From Oscillospiraceae bacterium (GTDB lineage: Bacteria > Bacillota > Clostridia > Oscillospirales > Ruminococcaceae), in assembly GCA_045612645.1 (NCBI GenBank), contig JAZKZL010000324.1:368-64367 (forward strand): a DNA stretch of 64,000 nucleotides. Reading direction: 5' to 3'. Positions 1-9,526 of this stretch are shown piece after piece (positions within the stretch are counted from its first letter, which is position 1; every line of letters begins with the position of its first letter). The translations under genes were made by a program, and so were the position numbers. The notes under the pieces were generated by a model. It saw nothing but the letters and a program-made list of their open reading frames with translations. It did no database searches and had not been told where the DNA came from.

Positions 1-1
1 A

Positions 2-376
2 AGGATCTCCGCCGCAGTTAAGGATAAGAACAAGTGGAAGGATGTCCTTCCCGATCTCATGGATTCCGAAGTGTTTGTTATTGCTCAGGTTTCTGAAAGA
101 ACAGATGACAACGGCAACAAGCTGCTCAACATTCTCTCCATGAAGAATAACGAGGGTCAGCAGTGCATTCCGTTCTTTACCTCTCCTTCAAAGATGTCTG
201 TTCTCGCAACACCCGAAAGAAAGAGCTTCAACTGCATGAAGATGAAGACCTCCAAGCTGTTTCAGGCAGTAAAGGGCAAGGCTGCATTCCTTAACCCCGG
301 CACACACGATTGCTGCAAGCTGTTCACTCCCTTTGAGATGAACCTGCTTGTTATGGAAAACGCTGATAAGAAGTAA
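2..376 (+). CDS. SseB family protein, 5' end outside the window
   Basis: Frame is open from base 2 (RISAAVKDK...). The IPFFTS ... LNPG ... LFTPFE pattern resembles the SseB N-terminal domain. Confidence 0.65.
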   Translation, partial: RISAAVKDKNKWKDVLPDLMDSEVFVIAQVSERTDDNGNKLLNILSMKNNEGQQCIPFFTSPSKMSVLATPERKSFNCMKMKTSKLFQAVKGKAAFLNPGTHDCCKLFTPFEMNLLVMENADKK

Positions 377-392
377 TCTCGATCACACAAAA

Positions 393-418
393 GACCGCCC
401 GATCAAATTCGGGCGGTC
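393..418. terminator. Hairpin/terminator between convergent genes
   Basis: gaccgcccga-tcaaat-tcgggcggtc, a perfect 10-bp stem between converging stops. Confidence 0.75.
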
Positions 419-424
419 AAATTA

Positions 425-1534
425 TTATCTGAGCTTATCGATTATTATATCCGCAACACGGTACAGCGGGGCTTGTACGCATACAGCACCGAGCTTGTAT
501 GCCTCCATCGGCATTCCGTATACCACGCAGGACTCCTTATCCTGACCCACAGTGAAAGCTCCTGCATTGCGCATCTTCAGCAGACCCTCAGCGCCATCTC
601 TTCCCATGCCTGTAAGGATAGCACCGATAGCGTTTTCCTTTGCAACCTCAGCTACGCTGCTGAACATAACGTCAACAGAAGGGCAGTGGCCCGAGACTTT
701 CTCGCCTTTCTGCGACGAGATATAATAGCCTTTAGCGTCCTTGCACAAACGCAGATGATGCTCCCCCGCACCGATGATAACAAGACCTGTTCGCAGCCTG
801 TCTCCATCCTCGGCCTCCTTGACCGTTACATGGCAGGATTTGTTCAGCCTTTCGGAATACATCTTTGTAAAGCCTGCAGGCATGTGCTGCACCACAATAA
901 CAGGCGGCATATCCTCAGGAAAGCTGCGGATAACCTGCTCTAACGCCTCTGTTCCGCCCGTCGACGCACCCAATGCAATGATCATATCAGACCTACGAAT
1001 ACCACCTGCAGCAGGCACCGATCCGGTTGTCACTTCTTTTTTTGCAACGGTATTAGATGCTTTAACACCTTTGTCTATCTTTATTTCGGGTATAACCGAG
1101 CTTCTTGCTTTGGCGCTGTCGCCCTTGGCAAGCCTCTGCAGATTATTTCTGGAATAAGCTCGTTTTATTGAGCCACACAGCGTTTCTGCAAATTTCTGCA
1201 TATCAGCATTGGTACGCGTAAGAGGCTTTGCAATAAATTCTGCAGCTCCTGCGCCGATTGCCTCTGACTTACGCTCCTCGCAAGAAGAGACAACTATTGT
1301 CGGAATGCTGTTAGCGGGATGCAGCTTTCTGAGGAAAGCTATGCCATCCATCTTTGGCATTTCGATATCCAGTGTCATCACATCGGGATCGCACTTCTGT
1401 ATCAAATCCCTCGCCGCATAAGCGTCGCCTGCGGTGCCGACAACCTCTATCTGTTCATCCTGCCGTATATAACGCGCCAGCACCTCTCTGAACAGGATAG
1501 AATCATCCACGACCAGCAGCTTGATTCTTCTCAT
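425..1534 (-). CDS. cheB: Chemotaxis protein-glutamate methylesterase CheB
   Basis: N-terminal receiver domain (VVDDS, TLDIEMP); esterase motifs GASTGG, QHMP, LTGMGRDG. Confidence 0.97.
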   Translation of the reverse strand: MRRIKLLVVDDSILFREVLARYIRQDEQIEVVGTAGDAYAARDLIQKCDPDVMTLDIEMPKMDGIAFLRKLHPANSIPTIVVSSCEERKSEAIGAGAAEFIAKPLTRTNADMQKFAETLCGSIKRAYSRNNLQRLAKGDSAKARSSVIPEIKIDKGVKASNTVAKKEVTTGSVPAAGGIRRSDMIIALGASTGGTEALEQVIRSFPEDMPPVIVVQHMPAGFTKMYSERLNKSCHVTVKEAEDGDRLRTGLVIIGAGEHHLRLCKDAKGYYISSQKGEKVSGHCPSVDVMFSSVAEVAKENAIGAILTGMGRDGAEGLLKMRNAGAFTVGQDKESCVVYGMPMEAYKLGAVCVQAPLYRVADIIIDKLR

Positions 1535-1620
1535 ATACTGCTCCTGTAATTACGAAAATTTCGCCGCACACTCGCTGCATAGACAGCTGTATGTGCGGCG
1601 GATGTTTTTCTGTTGTTGCC

Positions 1621-2439
1621 TTAAAGAGGCTTACGATAAATTGCGGGCTTTACGTATTCAAACTTCGTTTCAGTGCGGGAAATGCTCTCCGCATGACCGA
1701 TATAGAGATATCCGCCCGGCTTCAGCACGTCATAAAAGCGATTTACCAGTGCTGTTTTAGTGGGAAGATCGAAATAGATCATCACATTACGGCAGAAGAT
1801 AAGATCGAACGGCCGTGCCGCAAATGTTTTGGGCATAGGCTCCATCAGATTAAAGGGCTTGAAGATTATCTCATCCTTTATCTGCTGACATATCTCGAAT
1901 TTGTCATCGCCCAGATCCTTGAAATACCTCTTCTTCCACTCCGGACTAAGACCTTTCATACCATCTGCATTATAAATTCCCAGCTTTGCCTTGTCCATAA
2001 CACTGTGGGATATATCCGTTGCAAGGATCCTTGTATCCCAACGGGATTTATCCTTACCGAAATACTCATCCATCAGCATAGCAGTGGTGTAGCATTCCTC
2101 ACCCGATGAACAGCCTGCGCTCCAGATACGAAGCTCGTTGTTCTTCACCGTTTTGGTGAGATAGGGAAGTATCACATCTTTCAGATAGGTGTAATGCTCA
2201 GGCTCTCGCATGAAGAAAGTGTGATTCGTTGTAAGCTTGTTGAGGATCGTAGTAACTTCCACGCCCGATGTATCGGACATTACAGCATCCAGATAATCAT
2301 TATAGCTCTTGAAACCACGATCCTTCAGCATATTTCCTAATCTGCCCTGAATAAGCACACGCTTTGCGGAAAGATTAATGCCGTAATTATCATGCATGAA
2401 CGCAACCAGCCGTTCAAATTCTCGGTCGGTCAGCTCCAT
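1621..2439 (-). CDS. cheR: Chemotaxis methyltransferase CheR
   Basis: TTNHTFFMRE, IWSAGCSSGEE, ATDIS and DLIFCRNVMIYF motifs. Confidence 0.97.
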   Translation of the reverse strand: MELTDREFERLVAFMHDNYGINLSAKRVLIQGRLGNMLKDRGFKSYNDYLDAVMSDTSGVEVTTILNKLTTNHTFFMREPEHYTYLKDVILPYLTKTVKNNELRIWSAGCSSGEECYTTAMLMDEYFGKDKSRWDTRILATDISHSVMDKAKLGIYNADGMKGLSPEWKKRYFKDLGDDKFEICQQIKDEIIFKPFNLMEPMPKTFAARPFDLIFCRNVMIYFDLPTKTALVNRFYDVLKPGGYLYIGHAESISRTETKFEYVKPAIYRKPL

Positions 2440-2442
2440 GTA

Positions 2443-2943
2443 TTACACCTCATCTCCCAAAAGCTTTTCTACATCCAGTATCAGCTTTACGATATCTTCT
2501 GAGCGGATCATATACTGAATAAAGGAATTTGTGTTTACGTTGCGGGTCTCAGGTGTTGCAGAGATATCGCCGGAATGGATATCTTCAACATCAGCTACTC
2601 TGTCAACAATGATTCCCACAGAATCGTCATCAACTGTAACAATGATGATGCAGGTTCTGCTGGTATAAGGGATCTCAGGCTTGCCGAAACGTGTTCTGAT
2701 ATCAACGATCGGTACTACCTTGCTTCGCACATTGATGATACCCTTTATGTAAGAGGGGACATGGGGGATCTTTGTGATGTGCTGCATCTCAATGATCTCA
2801 AGCACGTTCTGGATCTCAATACCGTAGATCTGATCGCCAATGTGGAAAGTCATTACCTTGCCGAGAATGCGGTTTTCGGCGGAGACTTTTTTATCGCTGG
2901 ACTGCTGCTTCGCAACAGCCTCCTTGATTACATCATATGTCAT
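2443..2943 (-). CDS. cheW: Chemotaxis adaptor CheW
   Basis: ITKIPHVPSYIKGIINVRSKVVPIVD and VGIIVDRV motifs. Confidence 0.95.
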   Translation of the reverse strand: MTYDVIKEAVAKQQSSDKKVSAENRILGKVMTFHIGDQIYGIEIQNVLEIIEMQHITKIPHVPSYIKGIINVRSKVVPIVDIRTRFGKPEIPYTSRTCIIIVTVDDDSVGIIVDRVADVEDIHSGDISATPETRNVNTNSFIQYMIRSEDIVKLILDVEKLLGDEV

Positions 2944-2958
2944 GTCTGTTTCTCCTCC

Positions 2959-5085
2959 TTAACCGATAAGTGTGTTAGTGTCAATGATGAGCGAAATGCT
3001 GCCGTCACCCATGATGGTGCAACCCGACAGGCCCTTGCTCTTGATATTGTATCTGGACAGGTACTTCGGGAAGGGTTTTACTACTACCTGCTGCTCGCCG
3101 ATGAGCTTATCCGCAAAGATGCACATGCTCTTGCTGTCGTTCTCCACAAGGAGCAGTATACCCTCACAAAGATCTGTTACCTCTGTCTCAATACCGAATG
3201 CCTCGTGCAGCCTGAGTATAGGATAGCACACGCCACGGATCATGATCATCTCGTTGTTGTCTGTATCGCTGAGGAACTGGCTTGGATCAGCCATGAAGCT
3301 CTCGCGGATAGTGGATATCGGAACAGTGAATACCAGATCGCCGCAGGTGATCTCCATACCATCGATGATGGCGAGAGTCAGCGGGATCTTGATGATAAAG
3401 GATGTGCCCTGACCCTTCTTACTATCTACTACGATAGTGCCGCCGCACTTCTCAACGTTTGCCTTAACAACGTCCATACCAACGCCTCTGCCGCTGAACT
3501 CTGTAACCTGCTCATTGGTGGAGAAGCCGGGGAGAAGTATGAGATTCTGGATCTCCTTCTCGCTATATTCGCTTTCAGGCTTTGTGAGGATGCCCTGCTT
3601 TCTTGCCTTAGCAAGGATCTTCTCAGGGTCAATACCCTTACCGTCATCCTGTACAGTGATAATAACTTCACCCGAAGCATTCTGTGCGGAAAGCTTCAGA
3701 GTACCCTTTTCAGGCTTGCCTGCATTGATTCTGTCCTGAACATTGTCCTCAATACCGTGGTCCATGCAGTTTCTTACAAGATGCATCAGAGGATCCTGCA
3801 GGCTGTCAACGATGGACTTATCGATCTCAGTCTCCTCGCCCTCGATAACAAACTCAACATCCTTGCCCAGCTTCTTGCGCATATCACGGACGATTCTGTT
3901 CATCTTCTGGAATACACCTGCAAGAGGTACCATTCGGATGGACATTACTGTATCCTGCAGTTCACTTGTCAGCTTGCGAAGCTGTCTTGCAGCCTTGTTG
4001 AAGCTCTCAAGCTCCAGTCCCTCAAGATCGGGATTGGATACTACCATTGACTCTGTAGTAATGATCTCGCCTACGATATCATGCAGTGCATCGAGCTTTG
4101 CAAGGTTTACGCTGATAAGGTTCTGTTTCTGCATACCACTTGCAGCCTGTGCCTTCTCAACGGCAGCCTGTGCCTTTTCTGCAGCGGAAGGCTCCTTCTT
4201 CTCAACAGATGCCGCAGGCGCAGGAGTAGGAGCAGCAACAGGTGCGGGTGCAGGAGCAGCAGAAGAAACAGCCTTAGGCTCGGGAGGAAGCTCCGCAGCA
4301 GGAGCGGCAGGAGCAGGAGCCGCAGCAGCCTGAACGATCTCATAAGACTGAACGTTCAGTGCATTCTCTATCTGTCTTAATACGAAATCAACATTATCGA
4401 GAGGCTTGAAGGTGATGAGGAAGCCCTGCTCGATGATCACCTTAGAAGTCTCGGGATTAGTCTCAACATCAGCGGGTGTGAAATCAAGATAGTCACACTC
4501 ATCCTTAATTGTATTAATAAGGAGGAATGCACGCAGGTTCTCCATCTGGCAGCCATCCTCAAAGAATACTCTTACAGTAGTCTTGTCTGCATCAACACTG
4601 TTTACAGCGGCAGGAGCAGCAGCTGCACCACCCGCAGCAGCGGGAGCCTCATCATTTGTTGCCTCGCCAAGAAGAGTATCTCTTCCCTTGAGGAGCTTAT
4701 TGATGAGATCAGTGAAATCCATGCTCTCGTATTCGCCATCATTATGATTCTGAATAGCCTCGATCTGAGCCTTGTAGGAGTCAGATACCTGGAATACCAG
4801 ATCATATACAAAACTTACATCTGTGATGACATCAGGATTCTCTCTGATAACAAAGAACATGTCCTCAGCCTTATGAGCAAGCACCGACAGATTTTCAAAG
4901 CCCATCATTGCGGAAGATCCCTTGATGGTGTGCATGATACGGAAAATCTCCTTGATGTCCTCGTTGTCAAAAACGTTTGCCTGCTCTGTTCTGAGCAGGA
5001 TCTCATCAAGCTGCTCAAGAAGTGAGTTGGTCTCAAAGAAGTACATGTCAAGCATAGCTTCCATGCCGGGTTCGATTCTTGCCAT
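2959..5085 (-). CDS. cheA: Chemotaxis histidine kinase CheA
   Basis: Hpt FRIMHTIKGSS, P2 domain, Pro/Ala linker, HLVRNCMDHG, DDGKG, SGRGVGMDVV and a C-terminal CheW-like domain. Start moved to ATG 5085 behind a GAAAGGA RBS. Confidence 0.97.
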   Translation of the reverse strand: MARIEPGMEAMLDMYFFETNSLLEQLDEILLRTEQANVFDNEDIKEIFRIMHTIKGSSAMMGFENLSVLAHKAEDMFFVIRENPDVITDVSFVYDLVFQVSDSYKAQIEAIQNHNDGEYESMDFTDLINKLLKGRDTLLGEATNDEAPAAAGGAAAAPAAVNSVDADKTTVRVFFEDGCQMENLRAFLLINTIKDECDYLDFTPADVETNPETSKVIIEQGFLITFKPLDNVDFVLRQIENALNVQSYEIVQAAAAPAPAAPAAELPPEPKAVSSAAPAPAPVAAPTPAPAASVEKKEPSAAEKAQAAVEKAQAASGMQKQNLISVNLAKLDALHDIVGEIITTESMVVSNPDLEGLELESFNKAARQLRKLTSELQDTVMSIRMVPLAGVFQKMNRIVRDMRKKLGKDVEFVIEGEETEIDKSIVDSLQDPLMHLVRNCMDHGIEDNVQDRINAGKPEKGTLKLSAQNASGEVIITVQDDGKGIDPEKILAKARKQGILTKPESEYSEKEIQNLILLPGFSTNEQVTEFSGRGVGMDVVKANVEKCGGTIVVDSKKGQGTSFIIKIPLTLAIIDGMEITCGDLVFTVPISTIRESFMADPSQFLSDTDNNEMIMIRGVCYPILRLHEAFGIETEVTDLCEGILLLVENDSKSMCIFADKLIGEQQVVVKPFPKYLSRYNIKSKGLSGCTIMGDGSISLIIDTNTLIG

Positions 5086-5222
5086 AATAACAGTCCTTTC
5101 CGAGTGCATTTCTGCACAAATTCCATTATTTTATTTTGCTATGAAAAAAATTTTTGTAAAACACTTTAATATTCCGTGGATTTATGCTACAATATTAGCA
5201 GACACCACTTGAAAAGGAGTGA

Positions 5223-7229
5223 ATGCCAATGGCACAGATCCCACAGATCAATAACCCGATCACCGCCAAGAATTACAATTACAGCTCCCGTCCGATGGAT
5301 GCCAATACCGAACCATTCGATATCGTCCGACTGACCGGTGTGGGCGGCGCCGGAACCGGTTCCAATGCTGGCGCTCGCTCCCGCCTTGAAATGGGCAACC
5401 GTGAGCTGATCCCGCTTTCTGTGCAGGTCGCCAAGGATCCTACACTTGCAGTGGAGACCCTGAAAGATCTGCTGAATGTGGAAGTACTCAATCAGGCTCT
5501 GATAACAGGTCATACCGAGCTTTACGGAAAACTGGAAGATCTCGCAAGAGATCTCTACGTTACTCCCGAGGAGCTGGTGGATGAGATCTGTAATCAGGAA
5601 CAGCAGAACACGATGTTCAGCGGCCATGAATTCTACGATGTACTTCGCGATGTGGCAAAGACTACTACAGACCCGACAACCAAGGAGATCATCGGCAATC
5701 TGCTGAAATCCCTGAACTTCGCTCAGAACAAGAACGAGATACTCGGAGCTCTCCGCGCAAACATGAAATTCCTTTCGGAATACTTCTCGCCAAACGAGAA
5801 GCTTTCCACGAAACTCATGAATCTTTCCCAGCAGTGGGGAGCAGATGACGCCGACAAGTTCTTCGAATATCTCAAGGGTGAAACTCTTTCGATACTGAAG
5901 GATGTCAGTGGAAGCCTCCTTAACGACGATAAGACTCAGATGCTGATACCTCTTATAATACATAATCTTTCGAGGTACAACAACAGTCCGTACATGTGTA
6001 AGGAATACTTCAACCTGCTGCTTTCGCAGACTGCCTCGGGAACGCTGAGAGAGTCACTGAAGAACTCCTTCAACAGACTTTACTCCGCATTATTCGGAAA
6101 ACAGGATGTAAAACAACCTAACGGCGAAGCACATCACGATCACAGTGAAACACATTTTAATCATAGTGAAACGCCTTTAGATAATTATACTACAAATCTT
6201 CCACAAAATCAACCTCTTTCGGGCAATTCAACTAGTAAAAATTTAAATAAAATGGCCTTAGAAAGTGAGAATCAGCAGATTGTTGAAACAGAGGCAGAAG
6301 AATTTGTAGAAAATAACGAAGAAGATTTCACCGAAGAGCTGACGGGCTACAGAAAATTCCTCTTTGACAGCATGAGCGAGAAGAGTTTTATGCCTCTTCT
6401 GAAGCACAGCGGCTATAATATCGAGCATATGCTGGCTGCTTATGCCCGCGGAAAGACTACGGGAATGGAGACCCTCGAGAAAATGGTGCAGGGTCTGTTT
6501 GTTCACGACGAGACCGGAGAACAGTTCGAAGCATTCATGCAGGACTTTTCAAAAATACATACCGTGCAGGAAGCTATAGACAAGCTGAACGAGCTGCTGC
6601 GCTCCATGCCCGATATCCCTGTAAGGGAACGTCTGTATGGCGCATTCGTTGATGTCATCGAGCAGATGGCAGTGAAGAATGAGCTGCCGCAGCATGGTGT
6701 GCGTCCGCCTGTAAGCTCTACACTGGACTGCCTGACGGAGTTTATCGAAGAGAATATCAACCATCCTGCGCTGAAATCTCTGGACAGCTTCAATGCTACC
6801 AACCTTCTCCAAAGCCTGCTGAATGCTCCCGGTGTGTTCACACCGCTGGCACATTATATCCTGCCTCTGGACGTGGATGGCACAAAGGCTTTCGGTGAAC
6901 TTTGGGTAGATAACGATGAAAACAATCCCAATAACACTCCGGGAACGCAGCGCAACTACCACCTGTTCCTGACTTTCGATGTGGAGAGTATCGGCAGATT
7001 TGAGCTGGATATGTATGCTCTCGGCGAAGATGTGAATCTCGCAATGCTGTATCCGCCCAGATTTGAAAAGCAGATAGATCCGATGAAGGACCGCATAAAT
7101 AAAATAATCCGCAATATCGGTTACAACACACGCACCTTCGAGACCGCACCGCTTAAAACTCCGCACAATCTTACCGAGATCTTCCCGAAGATACTGGATA
7201 AGCGCACCACCCTCAACACAAGAGTTTAA
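5223..7229 (+). CDS. FliK/YlqG-like protein (C-terminal hook-length-control-like domain)
   Basis: 668 aa, AAGGAG RBS. C-terminal GELWVD...LFLTFDVESIGRFEL resembles the FliK C domain. Directly upstream of an FlhB-like gene, as in B. subtilis ylqG-ylqH. Confidence 0.55.
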   Translation: MPMAQIPQINNPITAKNYNYSSRPMDANTEPFDIVRLTGVGGAGTGSNAGARSRLEMGNRELIPLSVQVAKDPTLAVETLKDLLNVEVLNQALITGHTELYGKLEDLARDLYVTPEELVDEICNQEQQNTMFSGHEFYDVLRDVAKTTTDPTTKEIIGNLLKSLNFAQNKNEILGALRANMKFLSEYFSPNEKLSTKLMNLSQQWGADDADKFFEYLKGETLSILKDVSGSLLNDDKTQMLIPLIIHNLSRYNNSPYMCKEYFNLLLSQTASGTLRESLKNSFNRLYSALFGKQDVKQPNGEAHHDHSETHFNHSETPLDNYTTNLPQNQPLSGNSTSKNLNKMALESENQQIVETEAEEFVENNEEDFTEELTGYRKFLFDSMSEKSFMPLLKHSGYNIEHMLAAYARGKTTGMETLEKMVQGLFVHDETGEQFEAFMQDFSKIHTVQEAIDKLNELLRSMPDIPVRERLYGAFVDVIEQMAVKNELPQHGVRPPVSSTLDCLTEFIEENINHPALKSLDSFNATNLLQSLLNAPGVFTPLAHYILPLDVDGTKAFGELWVDNDENNPNNTPGTQRNYHLFLTFDVESIGRFELDMYALGEDVNLAMLYPPRFEKQIDPMKDRINKIIRNIGYNTRTFETAPLKTPHNLTEIFPKILDKRTTLNTRV

Positions 7230-7241
7230 GGAGGATGAAAT

Positions 7242-7553
7242 ATGCAGAGCAAACATCCTAAGCCACCTGCAAACAACAAGCGCATTTACGGACAGAATGC
7301 CGCAGTAGCGCTGAAATACAATCCCGATATGAACTATGCACCCGTTGTTGTAGCTTCGGGTCTGGGCGAGCTTGCCCAGCGCATTGTAAATATCGCAGAT
7401 GAATCAGGTGTGCCGATATACCGTGACGACAGCGTTGCAGCACTGCTGGTAATGCTCAATGCGGGCGAGACTATCCCGAAAGAGCTTTATCAGATAGTTG
7501 CTTCGATCTACGCAGAAGTGGTATACACCGCCAATGATATGAGAAAAAAATAA
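7242..7553 (+). CDS. FlhB C-terminal-like (EscU/YscU/HrcU; YlqH/FlhX-type) protein
   Basis: AVALKY...APVVVASGLGELAQRIV...GVPI...IPKELYQIVA signature. Confidence 0.9.
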   Translation: MQSKHPKPPANNKRIYGQNAAVALKYNPDMNYAPVVVASGLGELAQRIVNIADESGVPIYRDDSVAALLVMLNAGETIPKELYQIVASIYAEVVYTANDMRKK

Positions 7554-7589
7554 CTTGTATTATCATTGTATTTGTGCAGAAAATATTAT

Positions 7590-7622
7590 AGACCGCTGTG
7601 ACTGGTCACGGCGGTCTTTTTT
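7590..7622 (+). terminator. Intrinsic terminator
   Basis: agaccgctgtgac-tg-gtcacggcggtct followed by a T-run. Confidence 0.8.
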
Positions 7623-7660
7623 ATCGATTTCCGACAAAAAGTGAGAAAGGATGATGTATT

Positions 7661-7822
7661 ATGTACTCTCAGCCTTCCCCCGAAAAGATACGACGGATAA
7701 ACAAGCGGCTTGAGGGCTTTATGTCAACGATGGCATCCACCGATACCGACCCGCAGGGTATGTACACGGGAGTCCCCGAGGATCCCTATGAGGTGCCTGT
7801 TCAGGACGCTGACGACTTGTAA
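7661..7822 (+). CDS. 53-aa small protein with an acidic C-terminus (not in the ORF track)
   Basis: Hand translation MYSQPSPEKIRRINKRLEGFMSTMASTDTDPQGMYTGVPEDPYEVPVQDADDL. GAAAGGA RBS upstream, hairpin downstream. Confidence 0.75.
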   Translation: MYSQPSPEKIRRINKRLEGFMSTMASTDTDPQGMYTGVPEDPYEVPVQDADDL

Positions 7823-7829
7823 AAGACAC

Positions 7830-7856
7830 AAAAACGGCGGAGTTTTCTCCGCCGTT
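7830..7856. terminator. Bidirectional terminator-like hairpin
   Basis: aacggcggag-tttt-ctccgccgtt between convergent genes. Confidence 0.75.
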
Positions 7857-7943
7857 AATTTTATCTGCAAATGAGCTTATATATGGTTAGTTATTTTTGG
7901 TCTGAATTACGCAAAAGCAACACTCCAATAGATACTTGGAACA

Positions 7944-8798
7944 TTATTTATTAATAAGCGTCATTATTTCGCTGAATGACAAGCCCAAAAATCTTTGTTT
8001 CATCTTGTCAAAATCGGCTACAGCCTTTTCCATCTTTATTCTGTGTTTCTCATTTGTTATATCTATGTGTGGCTTGCGCTTTCCATTAATAAAGCCCTGT
8101 GTTTCATTATACAAGTAATACGGAGCAAGGCACCGTCCGTTGAGATGCGGATAGTTTGAGCATATCCACGCTAGAAATTCTGCTTTACATAAATTACTGC
8201 GAAAATCGAGTTCTTTCAACCCTTTTATCCCGAGGAATTTATATATATTTTCATAAGACAACTCAGCGTTGAAGCTAATATCCTCAAGCGGTGAATCCTC
8301 CAAATCAGGTATGATATCATACTCCGATGTAGCCCATACCATATTGCCAAAATCCAGTACCTTTAATGATGGTGCCGTCTCAATTCCATTAAGGGAATGA
8401 AGTCTTGAAAAATCATCAATACATAGCATACTAAGTGATTTATTGCCAGACATATCCCACAACGATACCGCGCGCTGATTAAGGAAATAGGCCAAGGATT
8501 TGACGTTATTCAACGTACTCAGAGCGGAGAGATCTCCAACCATTTTATTTTTGAAGAAAAATATTGCTTCAAATCTATCACCATAAGTAGTGACAAAATA
8601 ATCAAACGTATCCTGATGAAGCCCTGCAATCGATATTCTTGTTAATTCAGGGTGATCGTCAAGCTCATCTATTTCTTCTCTGGTGATAGTGCCTCCGCCG
8701 ATATCCATACCCTTTCCATATAAAAAAGCCTGATAGTTCGATCTCCGACAGAAATTATATCTATCCAAAACCGGCATTTTTTCAAACAACAGCGGCAT
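7944..8798 (-). CDS. Leucine-rich-repeat-like protein
   Basis: Repeated LxxLxxL patterns (DLSALSTLNNVKSL, SLNGIETAPSLKVLDF, GIKGLKELDF); AAAGGAGG RBS; more AT-rich than its neighbours. Confidence 0.6.
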   Translation of the reverse strand: MPLLFEKMPVLDRYNFCRRSNYQAFLYGKGMDIGGGTITREEIDELDDHPELTRISIAGLHQDTFDYFVTTYGDRFEAIFFFKNKMVGDLSALSTLNNVKSLAYFLNQRAVSLWDMSGNKSLSMLCIDDFSRLHSLNGIETAPSLKVLDFGNMVWATSEYDIIPDLEDSPLEDISFNAELSYENIYKFLGIKGLKELDFRSNLCKAEFLAWICSNYPHLNGRCLAPYYLYNETQGFINGKRKPHIDITNEKHRIKMEKAVADFDKMKQRFLGLSFSEIMTLINK

Positions 8799-8814
8799 TA
8801 TAGCCTCCTTTGTA

Positions 8815-9525
8815 TCACTTAAAGGCGATATCCTTTACTATTTCCGAGGCAATTATCAGCCCCGCCGTTCCCGGTACGAACACCGCACTCGCAGGAATAT
8901 TACGGCGGTGAGCATTTTCTTCATCAGACTCCATCGCCTTTATCGGCTCCTCCTTGGAATAGACCACCTTCAGCTTCTTAACGCCACGCTTTTTCAGCTC
9001 CTGCCGCATTACTCTTGCAAGAGGGCAGACGGAGGTTTTGTAAATATCAGACACCTCCAGCATAGCAGGGCAGAGCTTGTTACCTGTGCCCATGGAGCTG
9101 ATTATCGAAACTCCCTCACGCTGAGCCTTCATCACAAGCTCGATCTTAGCGGTAACAGTATCCACCGCATCCGCTACATAATCGTATTTTGTGAAATCGA
9201 AATCATCCGAATTTTCAGGCAGGAAAAAACAATTATGCACCACAACATCACACTCGGGATTTATCTGCAGGATACGCTCTTTCATAGCCTCAGCTTTAGG
9301 CTGACCCACCGTATCGCTCAGCGCTTCGAGCTGACGATTGAGATTCGTGATATCCACATCATCGCTGTCGATAAGATGGATATGTCCAACTCCACTGCGG
9401 GCAAGACCCTCTGCGATATAGCTTCCCACACCGCCTACTCCAAAGACCGCAACGCAGGAATCTCTCAGCCTATCCATTCCGTCAGTGCCAAAGATGCGCT
9501 CTGTTCTGGAAAACCTCTGATCCAT
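8815..9525 (-). CDS. tcdA: tRNA threonylcarbamoyladenosine dehydratase (ThiF/E1-like)
   Basis: GVGGVGS, DSDDVDITNLNRQ, SSMGTGNK, CPLARVMR and VVYSKEEP motifs. Confidence 0.9.
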   Translation of the reverse strand: MDQRFSRTERIFGTDGMDRLRDSCVAVFGVGGVGSYIAEGLARSGVGHIHLIDSDDVDITNLNRQLEALSDTVGQPKAEAMKERILQINPECDVVVHNCFFLPENSDDFDFTKYDYVADAVDTVTAKIELVMKAQREGVSIISSMGTGNKLCPAMLEVSDIYKTSVCPLARVMRQELKKRGVKKLKVVYSKEEPIKAMESDEENAHRRNIPASAVFVPGTAGLIIASEIVKDIAFK

Positions 9526-9526
9526 A

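Noticed and set aside
1562-1600. Hairpin between cheR and cheB (cgccgcaca...tgtgcggcg)
   Set aside because: No U-tail on the coding strand and no other full copy seen; most likely an ordinary mRNA-stability hairpin.
2575-4050. 491-aa plus-strand ORF, and similar long antisense ORFs at 13764-15017, 17393-18286, 38702-39829 and 56092-57786
   Set aside because: These are shadows of well-supported, codon-biased genes on the opposite strand, with no motifs of their own.
4140-4330. GCA/GGA-rich low-complexity tract in cheA
   Set aside because: It encodes the ordinary Pro/Ala linker between CheA domains.
5086-5222. c-di-GMP riboswitch or sigma-28 promoter for the che operon
   Set aside because: No riboswitch core and no TAAA-N16-CCGATA match seen.
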